Shown: positions 24,185 through 37,230 of the stretch, piece after piece
Layout: every line of letters starts with the position of its first letter
Numbering within the stretch: position 1 is the stretch's first letter
Origin: Somniosus microcephalus
Lineage: Eukaryota
DNA length: 64,000 bases
Direction of reading: 5' to 3'
Assembly: GCA_052327205.1 (NCBI GenBank)
Contig: CM126212.1
Location: 157,232,001-157,296,000 of the forward strand
The notes under the pieces: generated by a model
The model's input: only the letters and a program-made list of their open reading frames with translations
Database searches by the model: none
What the model was told of the DNA's origin: nothing
Made by a program: the position numbers and the translations under genes

Positions 24185-24635
24185 CAATGTGTAACAGAGT
24201 GAAATTTATAATTGTGAAATGCAATGCATAATTGTGTAGTTCAATGTGTAACTGTAAATAAATGTAAAACTGTATTGCATTGTGTAAACTGGGTGTAATA
24301 TGTAACTGTAAATCTAATGAGCAACCGAGTACTATAATATGTAACTGCGTAAACTGTGTAGTGCAATGGAGATCTGTAGTGCAATGTGTAACTGTGAATG
24401 CGTTGCACAGTTACACATTGCTTTACAACTACATACTGTACTACAGATATACATTTCCGTACAGTTGCCCATTGCACTAGACAGTTACACATTGCAGTAT
24501 ACAGTTGCTCACTGCATTTCAGTTTTCCATTTATTCAGTTATACATTGCACTGCACAATCGCACAGTGCAATGGGCAACTATGTAGTGTACTGTACAAAA
24601 GTGAATGCAAAGTGTAGCTGGAGTGTAAAGTGTGT
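24185..24635. repeat. Degenerate (gcaatgtgtaactgt)-type repeat array folded back on itself
   Basis: gtgcaatgtgtaactgtg...cacagttacacattgc around 24401; repeat orientation flips at this centre. Confidence 0.7.
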
Positions 24636-25084
24636 CTGTGATCACTTTCTACTGTTGACAGCTTTTAGATGCTTGTTTGCGACTAGGGAAAACTGAAAAT
24701 TTTCTTTCTGTGTATTGTGCCAAAAAACAATCTCCACAGCCCACCACCCCAGATCTTAGGTAAGGTGCGAGTTATGGGGGCAGGTGGAGTTGATCTATGA
24801 AAAAGGAGAGACTTGGTGGGCCGAACATCCTTTTCCCATTCCTAAAAAAGCCCATCAGTTTAATTGTGAAGCAAATTCTCCCAAGTTTCTTTTGATTATT
24901 TACTGTGGCCTAATTGGCTGAACTCGTGCCGTCTCTTCTGCTCTGTTTGTTTCACACGTCGAGTGGATAAATGGCCAGCAGGGTCAAAGAAGGTATCTAT
25001 TATCATCAGAGGACTATTTGAACTACCACTATTTCTACAACACAATGAATTATGAAGTGCTTTGGGGTTTTACTTTTAAAAAGT

Positions 25085-25582
25085 GTTCCTGATTCAACTT
25101 TCTGATATCAAATTCTGTCTTATAACGCTCCTGTGAAGCACCTTGGGACGTTTTACTATGTTAAAGGAGTTATATAAATGCAAGTTGTTGTTGTTTTCCA
25201 ATCCCTCCATGGCCTCCAGCCCCTCCCTTTCTCTGTAATCTCCTCCAGCCCTACAACCCTCCGAGATATCTGTGCTCCTCTAATTCTGACTTCTTGACCA
25301 TATCCAATTATAATCGCTCCACCATTAACAGCCGTGCCTTCAGCTGCTGAGGCCCTAAGCTCTGGAATTCCCTCCTTAAACCTCTCCACCTCTCTATCTC
25401 ACTCACCTCCTTTAAAACGCTCCTTAAAACCTACTTCTTTGACCAAGCTTTTGGTAACCTGCCCTAATATCTCCTTATGTGGCTCGGTGACAAATTTTGT
25501 TTGGTAACGCTCCTGTGAAGCGCCTTGGGACGTTTTACTATGTTAAATGCGCTATATAAATACAAGTTGTTGTTGTTGTTGA
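25085..25582 (+). mobile_element. Two tandem L2 3' ends
   Basis: Two (TTG)n tails at ~25185-25195 and 25566-25581. Confidence 0.85.
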
Positions 25583-25657
25583 ACATCAGAGATATATAGA
25601 AAATCCCATTCTTGAATATTACATACAGCAAACATGCAAAGCCAGAAGACTTTCAAG

Positions 25658-25778
25658 AGAAAAAAAGAAAAGAAAAGACTTGCATTTATACAGCACCTTT
25701 CACGACCACCGGATGTCTCAAAGCGCTTTACAGCCAATTAAGTACTTTTGAAGTGTAGTCACTGTTGTAATGTGGGAC
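25658..25778 (-). mobile_element. SacSINE1-like 3' fragment
   Basis: Same tail as 53860-53960. Confidence 0.85.
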
Positions 25779-26447
25779 CACATGGGCAAGCAACAGAAAT
25801 GATTCTGGAAATAAGGAATTCATGCTGCATTTACTTTTGTGTCGATGCAAAAGTGCACATCAATGTAAAAGTGGCAGCATAACTCAGAATACCAAATACA
25901 CTAAAGCTTTGAGGTGCGACAAGTCCTCCAAGGAGGTTGTCCCACACCAGCGTGAGTTTCCAAAGTGACCATATACTGCATACCATATTTATGAGGGGCT
26001 TTCCTTCCTACATCACTGGCATGTTCTTAGCAGGCAGATTTAACAAAGTATTACCATCCATTTCCCCGATTAGAGGGCCTGGCCTTTATTGTATTAATAG
26101 TGTTACAAATTTCAGGCTGCACTAGATATTCTCTTATGGTACAGGCCAGTGATATTAAACCTAAGAAAAGTCCATACTCAATCAGGAGTGTACCTTTATT
26201 GCCCAATATCTAGCAATGCATTAGTGTGACCAGGGAGTCATTACAATTAAACCCCTCATTATGCGAACTTTAAAGTCTCACATCTCCCCACATTCATTTA
26301 TCCTATCTTCCGGAACGTGAACTGATGAGCACGCCAGTGAAACCAGACCGATTGTAAACCAACAAGCTGGTTCATAAATCAGTGAACAGTCTAACATTTA
26401 CAGTGAATTTTAATCTATTTCATGATGCTCCTCATAACAGGGGAAAT

Positions 26448-26700
26448 TAACATAGGAACAGAAGTAGGCTATTCTGCCCTTCGAGCCTGTTCTGCCATTC
26501 AATTAGATCATGGCTGATCAGTACCTCTCAACTCCATTTATCAGTTTTTGCTCCATATTCCTTGATACCTTTATCTAATAAAAATCTGTCAATATCAGCC
26601 ATGAATATTTCCATTGACCCAACATCCACATCCTTTTGAGGGAGAGATTTCCATATTTCCACTACCCTTTGTCGAAGAAAATACTTCCTGATTTCACTTT
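26448..26700 (-). mobile_element. CR1 3' fragment
   Basis: aacataggaacagaagtaggctattctgcccttcgagcctg..., homologous to 3897-4150. Confidence 0.8.
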
Positions 26701-26929
26701 AGGAATTTATTCTTAGAATCTTGAAGCTGACTATGTATCAAAAACATACTACTCCTGAAATTCCACAGTAGTTTTTCCAATCGTCCATCATAATTCTGGT
26801 GGGACACTGGCAGAACCCCAGGAAATTGATGTAAAACACCTCAAAATAGCAGATTAGACCATTTCTCTAAGGGTTCCACCTGTCCCCCAGGGGAGCAGTC
26901 TTCAAGCAAAGGGGCATGTCTGTATCAGT

Positions 26930-27175
26930 CAGAATCAAAGAATGATACAGCACAGAATGATTCAGTCCATCATACCTGTGCCGGCTCTTTGAAAGAGCTA
27001 CCCAAATCATCCCACTCCCCCGCTCTTTCCCCATAGCCCTGTAATTATTTCCTTTTCAAGTATATATCCAATTCCCTTTTGAAAGTTACTATTGAATCTG
27101 CATCCATTGCCCTTGCATCAGTGCATTCCAGAGCATAACCTGCTACATAAAAGAAAGTCTCCTCTTCTCCCCTCA
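26930..27175 (-). mobile_element. CR1 3' fragment
   Basis: Reverse complement of the 5420-5635 type. Confidence 0.8.
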
Positions 27176-27183
27176 GAGTCACA

Positions 27184-28021
27184 GGGGGAGAAATTCGGGA
27201 TCACCCCGTTTGGGGCGCAATTATCAGCCGGGCGCAAAGTTTAGAGCCTGGTGCTAATTATCGCCTCCGACTGCAAACTTGGCTTCTATCGCCCCTGGAG
27301 GTGTTTGGAGCACTAAATCAGGCGCTACACACCTCTCTTAAGGCGCTAACGCTGAGGAGCAAGGCGATACCTCAGAGCACTGGCAAAGATGTCAGTCAGC
27401 AATCGAACACAGACACACTGGTGCTGGCCAGTTCTTAAAGGGGAGGGTCGATCTTGCTCTCCATCCACACCCTGCTCATTGCAGCCTAGAATCTCGGCCT
27501 GGAGAGACCTGTACATCAATTCTGCTGGAAAGAACAATGGAGAGGCCCAGGGAAAGAGCTCAGAGTGCAGCCCCCATAGTCTCTTCCAAATCAATACAAG
27601 GAAGGGCAAATCAAAATGAACCTGCAAAGTGCTGCTCAGTACCCAAAACTACTTCACACAGCATTGAATCTCTCTCAGAATGCGTGGTACAAAAATGACG
27701 CCAACAAAAAGGCAGGAAGCAACCGCCTTCAAATAGCGCTCCCCCAGTCCCTTCCCGACTGCAAAATGCTCCCCTCAACCTGTCGTTGCTAGCGACAGGC
27801 GGAAAGGCAGGGAGCGCCACTCAATATCTGGTCCGGGGCACTACCGGGGCGTTGCACGCTCGACTGACGTCACGATCTGCGAGCGCATGAGATCGTGGCG
27901 GTAGTGTTTAGCACCGCCGCAAAATGTCTGGTCAATTTCACGAGCGGTGCAAACATCGCCACACCCGGGCGCTAGTTGCTTTGTGCCCCCCGTTAGTGCA
28001 AAGCAACCGAATTTTTCCTCC
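27184..28021. mobile_element. GC-rich MITE family 1 (PIF/Harbinger-like, 3-bp TSD)
   Basis: TIRs gggggagaaattcgg / ccgaatttttcctcc; flanks aca / ata; both ends homologous to 51253-51966. Confidence 0.8.
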
Positions 28022-28850
28022 ATAGAGTCATACAGGCACAGAAGGAGGCCATTCGGCCCATCGAGTCCGTGCCGGCTCTCTATAGAGCAACCCAGTCAGT
28101 CCCTTTCCCCTGCTCTATCCCCGTAGCCCTGCAAGTTTATTTCCCTCAGGTGCCTATCCAGTCTCCCCTTGAAAACATTGAGTATCTCTGCTTCTACCAC
28201 TTCCATCGGCAGCGAATTCCAGGTCATCACCACTCGCTGCATAAAAAAGTTTTTCCTCACGTCCTCCCTGTATCTCTTGCCCAAAACCTTAAATCTGTGT
28301 CCCCTAGTCCTTGTACCATCAACTAGTGGGAACAGCCTTTCCCCATCTAGCCAATCAAAACCCGTCATAATCTTGTACACCTCTATCAAAAAAACCCTCA
28401 ACCTCCTTTGCTCTAATGAAAACAAATCCAGCTTCTCCAATCTGTCCTTGTAGCTAAAATCCCCCATCCCCGGAACCATTCTGGTAAATCTCCTCTGCAC
28501 CTTCTCAAGGGTCTTCACATCTTTCCTAAAGTGTGGTGACCAGAACTGGACGCTTTACTCCAGTTGTGGTCTAAACAACGCTTTATAAAGTTTCAGCATA
28601 ACTTCTCTACTTTTCCCTCTTGATCTTTTGCCAATTATCTTAAATCTGTGTCCTTTGGTTAACGACCCTCCTGCCAATGGAATCAATTTCTCCTTATTTA
28701 CTCTATCAAAACCCTTCATAATTTTGAACACCTCTAATAAGTCTCCCCTTAATCTTCTCTGCTGTAAGAAGAATAACCCCAGCTTCTCAAGACTCTCCAC
28801 ATAACTGAAGTCCCTCATCCCTGGTATCATTCTAGTAACTCTCCTCTGCA
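28022..28850 (-). mobile_element. Two adjacent CR1 3' fragments
   Basis: Minus ORFs LEKVQRRFTRMVPGM..RKNFFMQRVV and MIPGMRDFSYVESLEKLGL. Confidence 0.9.
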
Positions 28851-29315
28851 GAAGGACATGGGTTCAAGCCCCACTCTGGAGACTTGAGCACTACAGTGCA
28901 GTTCTGAGGGAGTGTTGCACTGTCCAAGGTGCCGTCTTTCAGATGAGACATTAAACCGAGACCCCATCTGCCCGCTCAGATGGACGTAAAAGATCACATG
29001 GCACAATTTGAAGAAGAAAAGAGCATTTCCTGGCTAACACATGCCTCAACCAACATCACTACAACAAATGAACTGGTCATTTATCTTACTGCTGTTTGTA
29101 GAAGCTTGCTGGATGCAAGGGCACTTAGAGATGGGCAATAAATGCTGACCATGCCAACATCCCATAAAAACAAATTTTAAACATTAAAAAATTTAGTTGA
29201 TGCGTTTCCCTCCATTGCCATAGTGACTGCACTTTGAAAATATTTCAATGGCAGTGAACTGCTTTGGGATGTCTAAAAGGTCATAAAAAGTACTACATTA
29301 AATGATTTCTTTCTT
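28850..29315 (+). mobile_element. SacSINE1-like SINE, 5'-clipped, with a Crack-like tail fragment inside
   Basis: B box ggttcaagccc; Deu-like core; insert gggcaataaatgctg at ~29120-29185. Confidence 0.75.
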
Positions 29316-29689
29316 TTCATGAAACCTCATGTCTGTGAGCAGCTAATTGAACTTCTCCAAGGAGTTATTTGAAACTACATTGCAAGTGATACTTCTCTGC
29401 AAATATGTGAAAATGACAATTTTTCACAAAATACTGGATAGATATAGTTCAAAATCAATATACATCTCCAGTTACAACAGCCACACCAACTGCACCAGTA
29501 ATAGATATCAAATCATTTGCCTGCAAGCAAAATATTCCTTTTTTTATCACCACAATCTTTCTATTTGCTAAAAGGTTATAACATTTAAAAACATTCTACA
29601 ATTGCAGTAGCTGTCAGCCTTTGTTGAAAACGCAGTTAATATTTCCCACAACACACTTGAGAGTTTGAACCTTACTTCAGGAATTGAGC

Positions 29690-30065
29690 ACAATAATCTA
29701 GGCTTATACGCCAGTACAGCACAGAGAATATTGCTCTCCTTCAGATAAGATGTCAAACCAAGGCTATGCTTGCTTGCTCCATGGATGTGGACGATTCCAT
29801 GGCACTATTTGAATAAGAGCAGGGAGTTTTTCCAGTGTCCTGTCCAACGTGCTTCCCTCAATCAAAACCACCAAACCAGATTAACTGTTTTTACAAGCCA
29901 TTGTCATTTGTGGGATCTTGCTGTGTGCAAAATGGCCACTGCATTTGCTCACAAAACCAAAACCGTGATTGCACTTCACAGTAATTCACTGTATGTGAAA
30001 CACACAGACATCTGAGAAATGTAATAAGCTGCTATATGCATGCAAGTTTTTTTATTTCTTTTTTT
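29690..30065 (+). mobile_element. Old Deu-domain SINE
   Basis: cttcagataagatgtcaaaccaaggc...gggatcttgctgtgtgcaaaatggc. Confidence 0.7.
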
Positions 30066-32120
30066 TTTTCCCCCCACTAAGCTAGATAGACCAGAAAGTT
30101 TCAGTTGCTATTGTTGGTCTGTGCTTAGTTAGCAGGTCTCCACTAGAGCAACAGTTAAGGCTTCAATGCCATTGGCCTAGGAAGGTGAAAACAATAATTC
30201 CAAGTTTTGTCTCCTGATTGCTGTCCAGTGACTCCTACTGGAAAGCACACGTGTGCCAAGGTAGTCTTTGTTCCAATGCCCTCCATGAAGCAATATCTGA
30301 CCAACACTCAGTAGGTATCTAGGCCAACACATGTAGAATTGCTACGTGAGTGACATACTGTGGGCTGCCAGTGAAAGTGTACCCAGCAAGAATTAGTGCC
30401 TTCAGTAGTGGAGATTGGAAGCTAGATAAGTAGAAAGAAGTAGGTTGTTGGGATATTCCAGAATAAAGGACTAGTTAAAGAACAATTGAAATATAGCAGT
30501 AGCACAGCATATATGTTTATAGTAGTTAAACTTAGTTCCCACCCTGTGTAGTAAAAAATAATATAGTTTGGTGCAGCTGTGGCAAACCTATGATATATTT
30601 ACATTTCTTGCATTGCAGCTCTTTTTGCCTCATCGGTGAAAGTTATCTGGCCTGTCCATCGCTTGTTGAAGGCTACAGATAAGATACTCCAATGCAGAAA
30701 ATACAGACTTTTAAATACCTTCAAAAAGTCACCAGGACTGAACAAATTTAAATAACTGTCTGTTCAATTTAAAAAAGGTTTGCCAGTCAAATACATATGT
30801 GAATAGAATACACAGCATGTTTGTATTTGAATTGAATGACTTAGCCTCTCGCTTGGACATCTGCCTTAGATAAGACAACTAACTGATGCAACAAACCTAT
30901 CTTGGCTATGATGTGTTTTAACCACTTATGTACCCATGACAGAATTAAAGAAGCCAATACCAAGCAAAATCTTAGCTAAAAATATCTAATTTTTGTTACA
31001 GCAAGCACTTGACTGCTAGATTTCATCAACACCTCAAGCAATTTTTCTACTGATGGCAGATTGCTTTCAGCAGATCCAGCTGCTGGTGACTGTGCGGAGC
31101 CCCATTTATACTTTATAACCTACCCAAGATGAGAAATCAGGTCAGGCAGTCTCGAGCACTAAAGGATATTCCTGTGAGAGCTGCCCTCGGTCAGTCTGTA
31201 TTCTGTGAATGGTTATATTAAAATGACCTGCCACAGCAATCAATTTTCTTTCCTTGCTCAACTCAACAAGATATTTCGATCAAGCAGATTAAAATGGCCT
31301 TTTACTTTGTGGCTCCACTCAAGAGCATTCAGGACAAGATACCACCTTCGCTGAGATCTAGTTGCAGTAAATAATTCTCCATTGCTCTGAGCCTGGACAT
31401 GTATTTGATCATTCCCAACACTGGGAAGATTCAACCACGGAGTCAAAGTTAACTTGGATGAGAAAAGAAATTCCTCGGCTTGTTGGCAAGGTGGCAAGTC
31501 ACAGAATTTGGGCTCCTCCAGCATTCTTAGAGCCAAATCCCTTGTTCATTCCAAGTCCAAACCACACAAGAAGCTCAAGTTTATATTCTGAAACCCTGTC
31601 ATTGCGAGTGATTATCGTGCAGCAGCATCAGAGCTTCAGTAACCGCAATGAAAATTATCCATTACAAGAAGAGATTTGTAGGAGCTCATGTGCTGGGAGA
31701 GAATCCACCCGCCTGATGCCCCCCTCAGGTACAGCGGTGAATTTGACCATGAGGAAGGAAATATTTGGCATTCGAACTGACCAATAAAAATAGGAACTTA
31801 AAAAGTAAACTGGGTTAAAATAAATACATTCATCTTTTGAGTAACGTGCGGTCTTCACAGCGTTCAAAATACACCCGTTTTCCATCATATGCAACAATGA
31901 CTCTCTGTCGGACAGCCCAGAACTAATGATAAAGCGAGATTAGGGAAATATATGGAATAACAGGATTCAACCTTCCAGCATTCCTCTTGTTACATTTAGA
32001 TCATCTTTTCAACCATATGGTAAGAGATACCATTTTCCTGTAAATTTTGACAATGGATGGAGAAGCCACTATAATAAGAAGCAAGGTGTTCTCTTCCTCT
32101 ACCAAACCCATGCCAGCAGT

Positions 32121-32385
32121 CAATTCAATTTTCAATTCAATTCAAATGCTTTATTGGCATGAAAGTTTACAGGGAACCATATTGCCAAAGCTTACATAAC
32201 AAAAAGTACAGTTTTCCAACATTCTGTAGGTGTCAAACAATTTTGACCTTCGTTGGGTACATACAATATTAGTTTAAACAATATTAATTTAAACAGTCGT
32301 TGAACATCGTTGAACATCTCTCTCTGTCTCACTCTCTTCCTCTGTCTCTCTCTGTCTCCCTCGCTCTCTTTCTCTCCCTGTCTAT
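32121..32385 (-). mobile_element. Short RTEX-like 3' end (same tail type as 15900-15964)
   Basis: (TTCAA)n, tttattggcatga, attgccaaag, then a CT-rich tract equivalent to the GA-rich tract at 15710-15795. Confidence 0.65.
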
Positions 32386-32736
32386 GTTAGAATCCGTCTC
32401 AATGAACCAGATTCTTTCCTAAACTGATCGGTCTCTACCGTAGACTGTTGTATGGGCTCAGGGCAAGTGAGGTTGAGGGAATCCCAGTAACTCTGGAAGT
32501 GGGCTGGTGAATCAAGCAAACCAAATGTCTTATCTTGACAAGAAATGCAGAAAATGGATAACATTTTTGTCTCTAAGCATGTTGTCCTCTATTTTAGTTA
32601 ATATTGCTAATAAAATCCTGGGAACCTGAAATGAGGAACCTCAACAGGTGATGTCCTCTCTGGTTGATTTTCCAACTGTAGAAGGCAGCCCCCAAAACGT
32701 GCAGAATCCATAGAGAACAAACATAAGCAACACTCT

Positions 32737-33562
32737 GGGGTAGATTTTGCCGAACCTGTCGGGAAGGCGGCGAGACTTCCCCTTTCGGGTTTTTGACCCG
32801 CCTACTTCGACGTCCGGCCAATCCGCGTGATTTTCCCTTGATTGACCTTGTTGAGCCCACCCAGCGGGCTCAGCAGGCCAATTAAGGACCACCTGGCAAC
32901 AGGTGACGTCACAGACTGAAATTTCATCTGTCAAGAGTTCTTTGACAGATGAAATATCAGTGTCTCACAGCTGTTTGAGGCTGTGAAACACTGACACTCT
33001 GAGTTCTAAGCTGAGTCATTCTGCACAGACTCAGTTAGAACTCTCACCGACACTCAAAGCTGAAGGCTGTCACTTTTGACAGATCGCAGCCGTTCAGCTT
33101 TCAATTCCAGCTGAGTGATGCGCTCCCGACGGCTACAGGAAGAAAGGCTGTTAAGGTAAGTACAGGTAAGTAAAAGTTCTTTACACACTTTAGACACACC
33201 AAACACACTTACCTTTGCACTCATGCACCCATCACTCACCTGAGCGCCGACATCGCGATCCCTCCAACTCCTTCAACCCGACTGCTCTACCTGGCGTGGT
33301 TTGGAGCCGTCGGGAAACCCACACGAAACCCCTCAAAATAGGGATTAGGCTAAAAACTGCCTGTTAACAGGCAGTTAATTGGCACTAATCCCTTCCCGCC
33401 TGGTTTCGGCAGGTCCCAGTGCGGGGCGGGTACCCGCCGCCCCTGAAACTTACGTGGGGCGGGGTTTTGGGCGGGATGGTGTCGGGACCCCCAAATTCGG
33501 GATTTCCCCCCCCCCCCAACATGCCTGAAACCCCGCCTGACAGCTTCCCAAAAATCTAGCCC
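32737..33562 (-). mobile_element. MITE family 2 (hairpin-array MITE), 3-bp TSD TCT
   Basis: TIRs ggggtagatttt / aaaatctagccc; reverse-orientation homologue of 54696-55476 and 60270-61075. Confidence 0.85.
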
Positions 33563-33654
33563 TCTATGTTTTAACCACATGGCTTATGTTTGGACTATTG
33601 ACATATCAAAATTATATTTCAGTTTGGTCATTTGACAACAGGGTGAGGGAATGG

Positions 33655-34365
33655 AAGAAATATCAGATGGGAGAAACTGGAAAATGTAGTAAACAGTGAG
33701 GAGGATTGTAGCAGACTTCAGGAGGACAGAGACTGGTGAAGTGGGCAGACACATGGCAGATTTAACAGAGAAGTGTGAAGTGATTCATTTTGGTTAGGAA
33801 GAATGAAGAAAGGCGATATAAACTAAATGGTGCAATTTTTAAAAAGGGTGCATCAACAGAGAGAGACCTGAGGGTGTCTGTAAACAAATCTTTGAAGGTG
33901 GTAGGACAAGTTCAGAAGACTGTTAAAAAGCATATGGAATCCTTGGCTTTATGAAGAGGCATGGAGTACAAAAGCAAGGAAGTTAAGCTAAACCTTTATA
34001 AAGCACTGGAGTATTGTGTCCAATTTTGGGCACCACACATTAGGAAGGATGTCAAGGCCTTAGCGAGAATGCAGAAGAGAGTTACTAGAATGGTACCAGG
34101 GATGAGGGACTTCAGTTATGTGGCGAGACTGGAGAAGCTGGGGTTGTTCTCCTTAGAGCAGAGCAGGTTAAGAGGAGATTTAATTTAGGCGTTCAAAATC
34201 ATGAACAATTTTGATACAGTAAATAAGGAGAAACTTTCCCCATTGCAGGGCTATGGGGAAAGAGCAGGGGAGTGAGACTAATTGGATAACTCTACCAAAG
34301 AGCTGGCACAGACACGATAGGCCAAATGGCCTCCTTCTGTGCTGTAACCTTCTATGATTCTATCA
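33655..34365 (+). mobile_element. CR1 3' portion, decayed
   Basis: MEYKSKEVKLNLYKALEYCVQFWAPH..RLRGDLI; 3' stem-loop and (ttctatga) tail. Confidence 0.9.
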
Positions 34366-35349
34366 GTGGGGTATTGTCAGTCTGTGTAACGTGTTGTCTG
34401 AAAGAGGGGAAAATATCCCCTTCACTGAACTCTAAAATTCATAATTGCTGGACTTACTTTGGTATCGATGCTTGTACATGTTTCAAGTATTGATTTGTTA
34501 TCTTGCTGCATCATTAGATGCAGAAATCCTGCTGCATTTTGAAAGACACATCAATCTTTGCTTTGAAAAAAGAACCAAAACACCTCTCTCAAAGTTGTTT
34601 ACTATGTAACCTGCTTTCCATCGAAATTGCTGTGAAAGTTTCACGGCTTGTTTTTTATTCCTCTGGTCACAGCATGCTAAGCTCACCTATTTAGGTCACT
34701 GAGTTGCAGTGATATGGGTTTTAATATATTGACACGTTAATGACTTTAGCTTCTAAGCCCACTCCAATTCCATCATTCATATTTGACACCTTAAGAGGTG
34801 AACTTTGTACAAGAAATTGCCATGATATCACAGCTGGCTAAAATAAGTGAGTGTTCTCATCAGAAGAAATAGCCGAGGCTCATTGACTGTAATTAATTCA
34901 CCAGAACAGTGATTAACGCAACCGAAAGGACAATCTCACCACTGGGGAAAAGTTTCTCTTCAGCAAATGAAGTCCTGAATATCTAACGAGCCTAAAAAAA
35001 TATTTTAAGACCCAATGAAATTTGCAACATGTTTCCTGCAATTAATCTAATGTGACAGAAGAAGTGGATTTGATTGAAAGTGCAGTTGGGCCAAACCAAT
35101 GTTTGAGCAGGGCCGTGTCAGCAGCAACTAAATTCAAGAAAAAAATACAGGGATCAAAGCAGCTGTACTGAGCTACAGTAGCCTACAAGTTAGTCCGCAG
35201 ATATTATACATCACAGCAGCAGAAACGTTGTTCAATTCAAATGCCCATCAAGTTGCTCTGGGTTGCAAGAGGTGTTTTTCTACATTGGGTGGATCTTGGG
35301 CAAAAGAAAAACAAAATCCGTGCGGTGTTTTCTAATACAAATTCCCCTC

Positions 35350-36290
35350 TCCGCTTGCCTCAGTTGGTAGCACTCTCACCTCGAGTCAACAACAACTTGT
35401 ATTTATATAGTGCCTTCCACATCCCAAGGTGCTTCACAGGAGTGTTATAAGACAAAATTTGACACCGAGCTACATAAGGCGATATTAGAGCAGATGGCCA
35501 AAAGCTTGGTCAAAGAGGAAGGTTTTAAGGAGCGTCTTAGAGACGGAAAGGTTTAGGGAGGAAATTCCAGAGCTTAGAGCCTAGGCAGCTGAAGTCATGG
35601 CCACCAACATTTGAGCAATTAAAATCAGGGATGCGCAAGAGGGCAGAATTAGAGGAGCGCAGATAACTCGGGGGGGGGGGGGGTTGTGGGGCTGGAGGAG
35701 ATTACAAAGATAGGGAGGGGAGAGGCCATGGAGGGATTTGAAAACAAGGATGAGAATTTTTAAAATCGAGGCGTTGCTTAACCCGGGAGCCAATGTAGGT
35801 CAGCGAGCACAGGGGTGATGGGCGAACGAGACTTGGTGCGAGTTAGGACATGGGCAGCAGAGTTTTGGATGACCTCAAGTTTATGGAGGGTTACAAGGTT
35901 GTGGGTTCCAGCTTCATACCAGAACATCTTTCTAGACCAACTGTCCAGTGTATTGCTGAGGGAATGTCGTATTGTCCGCAGTGCCGTCCTTTGGACACGA
36001 TGTTAAGCCCATGCATCAACTGCCTATTGCAGTGGCTCAGGTGAATGTTAAAGATCCCATGATGCTATTTGAAGAACAAGCAGTTCTCCCAGTGTCCTGG
36101 CCAACATTCTTCACTCAACCAACATCACTACAAACAGATTAACTAGTTGTTCACCTCATTTGTGAGCTTGCTGTGTGCAAACTGGCTGCCGCATTGATTT
36201 ACATAACAAGGGTAACTACACTTCAATTCATTGAACGTGAAGCACTTTGGGATATCCTGAGAGCTGTGGTAGGGTGCAAGTAATTACTTT
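35350..36290 (+). mobile_element. SacSINE1-like SINE split between A and B boxes by a minus-strand L2 3' fragment (35387-35890)
   Basis: ctcagttggtagcactctcacctcgagtc | (caa)n L2 tail ... | aaggttgtgggttccagc and Deu-like core. Confidence 0.8.
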
Positions 36291-37052
36291 TTCCACAATC
36301 AATTGTGACTGTAAAATATTATAAACTGTTGGAAATAATACAGTACAGTGTAAGCCGTAATTCAGAAAATCCCTCCATAATGCTGATATGAAAATGGAGT
36401 AGAGAATTACCAAAGGGCTGAATAAGGCTCAATTTACTTAACGCGAGTGCGAATGCCTGACAGAGGACATAAGGGCCTTGAGGTTTGCTGTGATCGGGTC
36501 TCGCAAGAAATCACCAAATCTCGAAACAAGGCGGAGGAATCGCGCCAGATCCCCAGATAAATCATGTAAACGGGGTTTTTGGCAATCTTTCGCCACAGTT
36601 ATGGCAGCTGATTGGGACAACCCCTGAGGAAATCTTGACACTAAATCAACAGCAATCAGAGATCCAACCTGGGCTCTCCCTGGCCTGGGTGGCTTCTGTA
36701 CTTTTATATTATGGAGATTCTCTCTAAATCAGGTCAGATAGATGAACAAGATGACTGTGCCATTGTTTGCCTTGAACAACATAGCCAAAAATGTTACAAA
36801 ACCTGCCTCAATTTTATTGGTGCAGCTCAATCCATTTGCACAACAACAATTGTTACTCGGGCTGATTTTCCTCTTCTCTGCGCCCGGGGAGCGTTCAGTA
36901 TTAATTTTTTGATATTTTCACATTGGGGATACTTTGTGCAGCTATTCTTTCTTGCAAGAAGCCCTTCCAGTCAGTCCATGGACAAGGGAGAGTAACACAG
37001 ACATCACTGATAGTTATCATAGGTACTGGTCAGTCCCACCTGGTTTTAGGAT

Positions 37053-37230
37053 AAGAAACATAGAAAAATAGGCGCAGGAGTAGGCCATTCGGCCCTTCGA
37101 GCCTGCTCCGCTATTCAATATGATCATGGCTGATCCCCTATCTCAATACCATATTCCCGTTCTCTCCTCATACCCCTTGATGCCTTTTGTGTCTAGAAAT
37201 CTATCTATAGAAACTAGAAATCTATCTATT
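37053..37230 (-). mobile_element. CR1 3' end fragment
   Basis: aagaaacatagaaaaataggcgcaggagtaggccattcggcccttcgagcc. Confidence 0.85.

Noticed and set aside
30075-30420. Probable ancient SINE-like relic (similar impressions at 6720-6940, 12900-13220, 19130-19420, 61830-62010)
   Set aside because: Too diverged to assign family or boundaries without an HMM search.
30600-32120. Unique-looking sequence with 80-110 aa ORFs as possible host exons or UTR
   Set aside because: No recognisable protein motif or convincing splice-site pair; needs RNA-seq or conservation data.
32382-32564. Possible minus-strand exon (DKTFGLLDSPAHFQSYW...)
   Set aside because: Weak acceptor and no recognisable homology.
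36425-36660. CpG-rich patch, possible MITE (also 1800-2055 and 36858-36895)
   Set aside because: No convincing TIR pair or TSD found.
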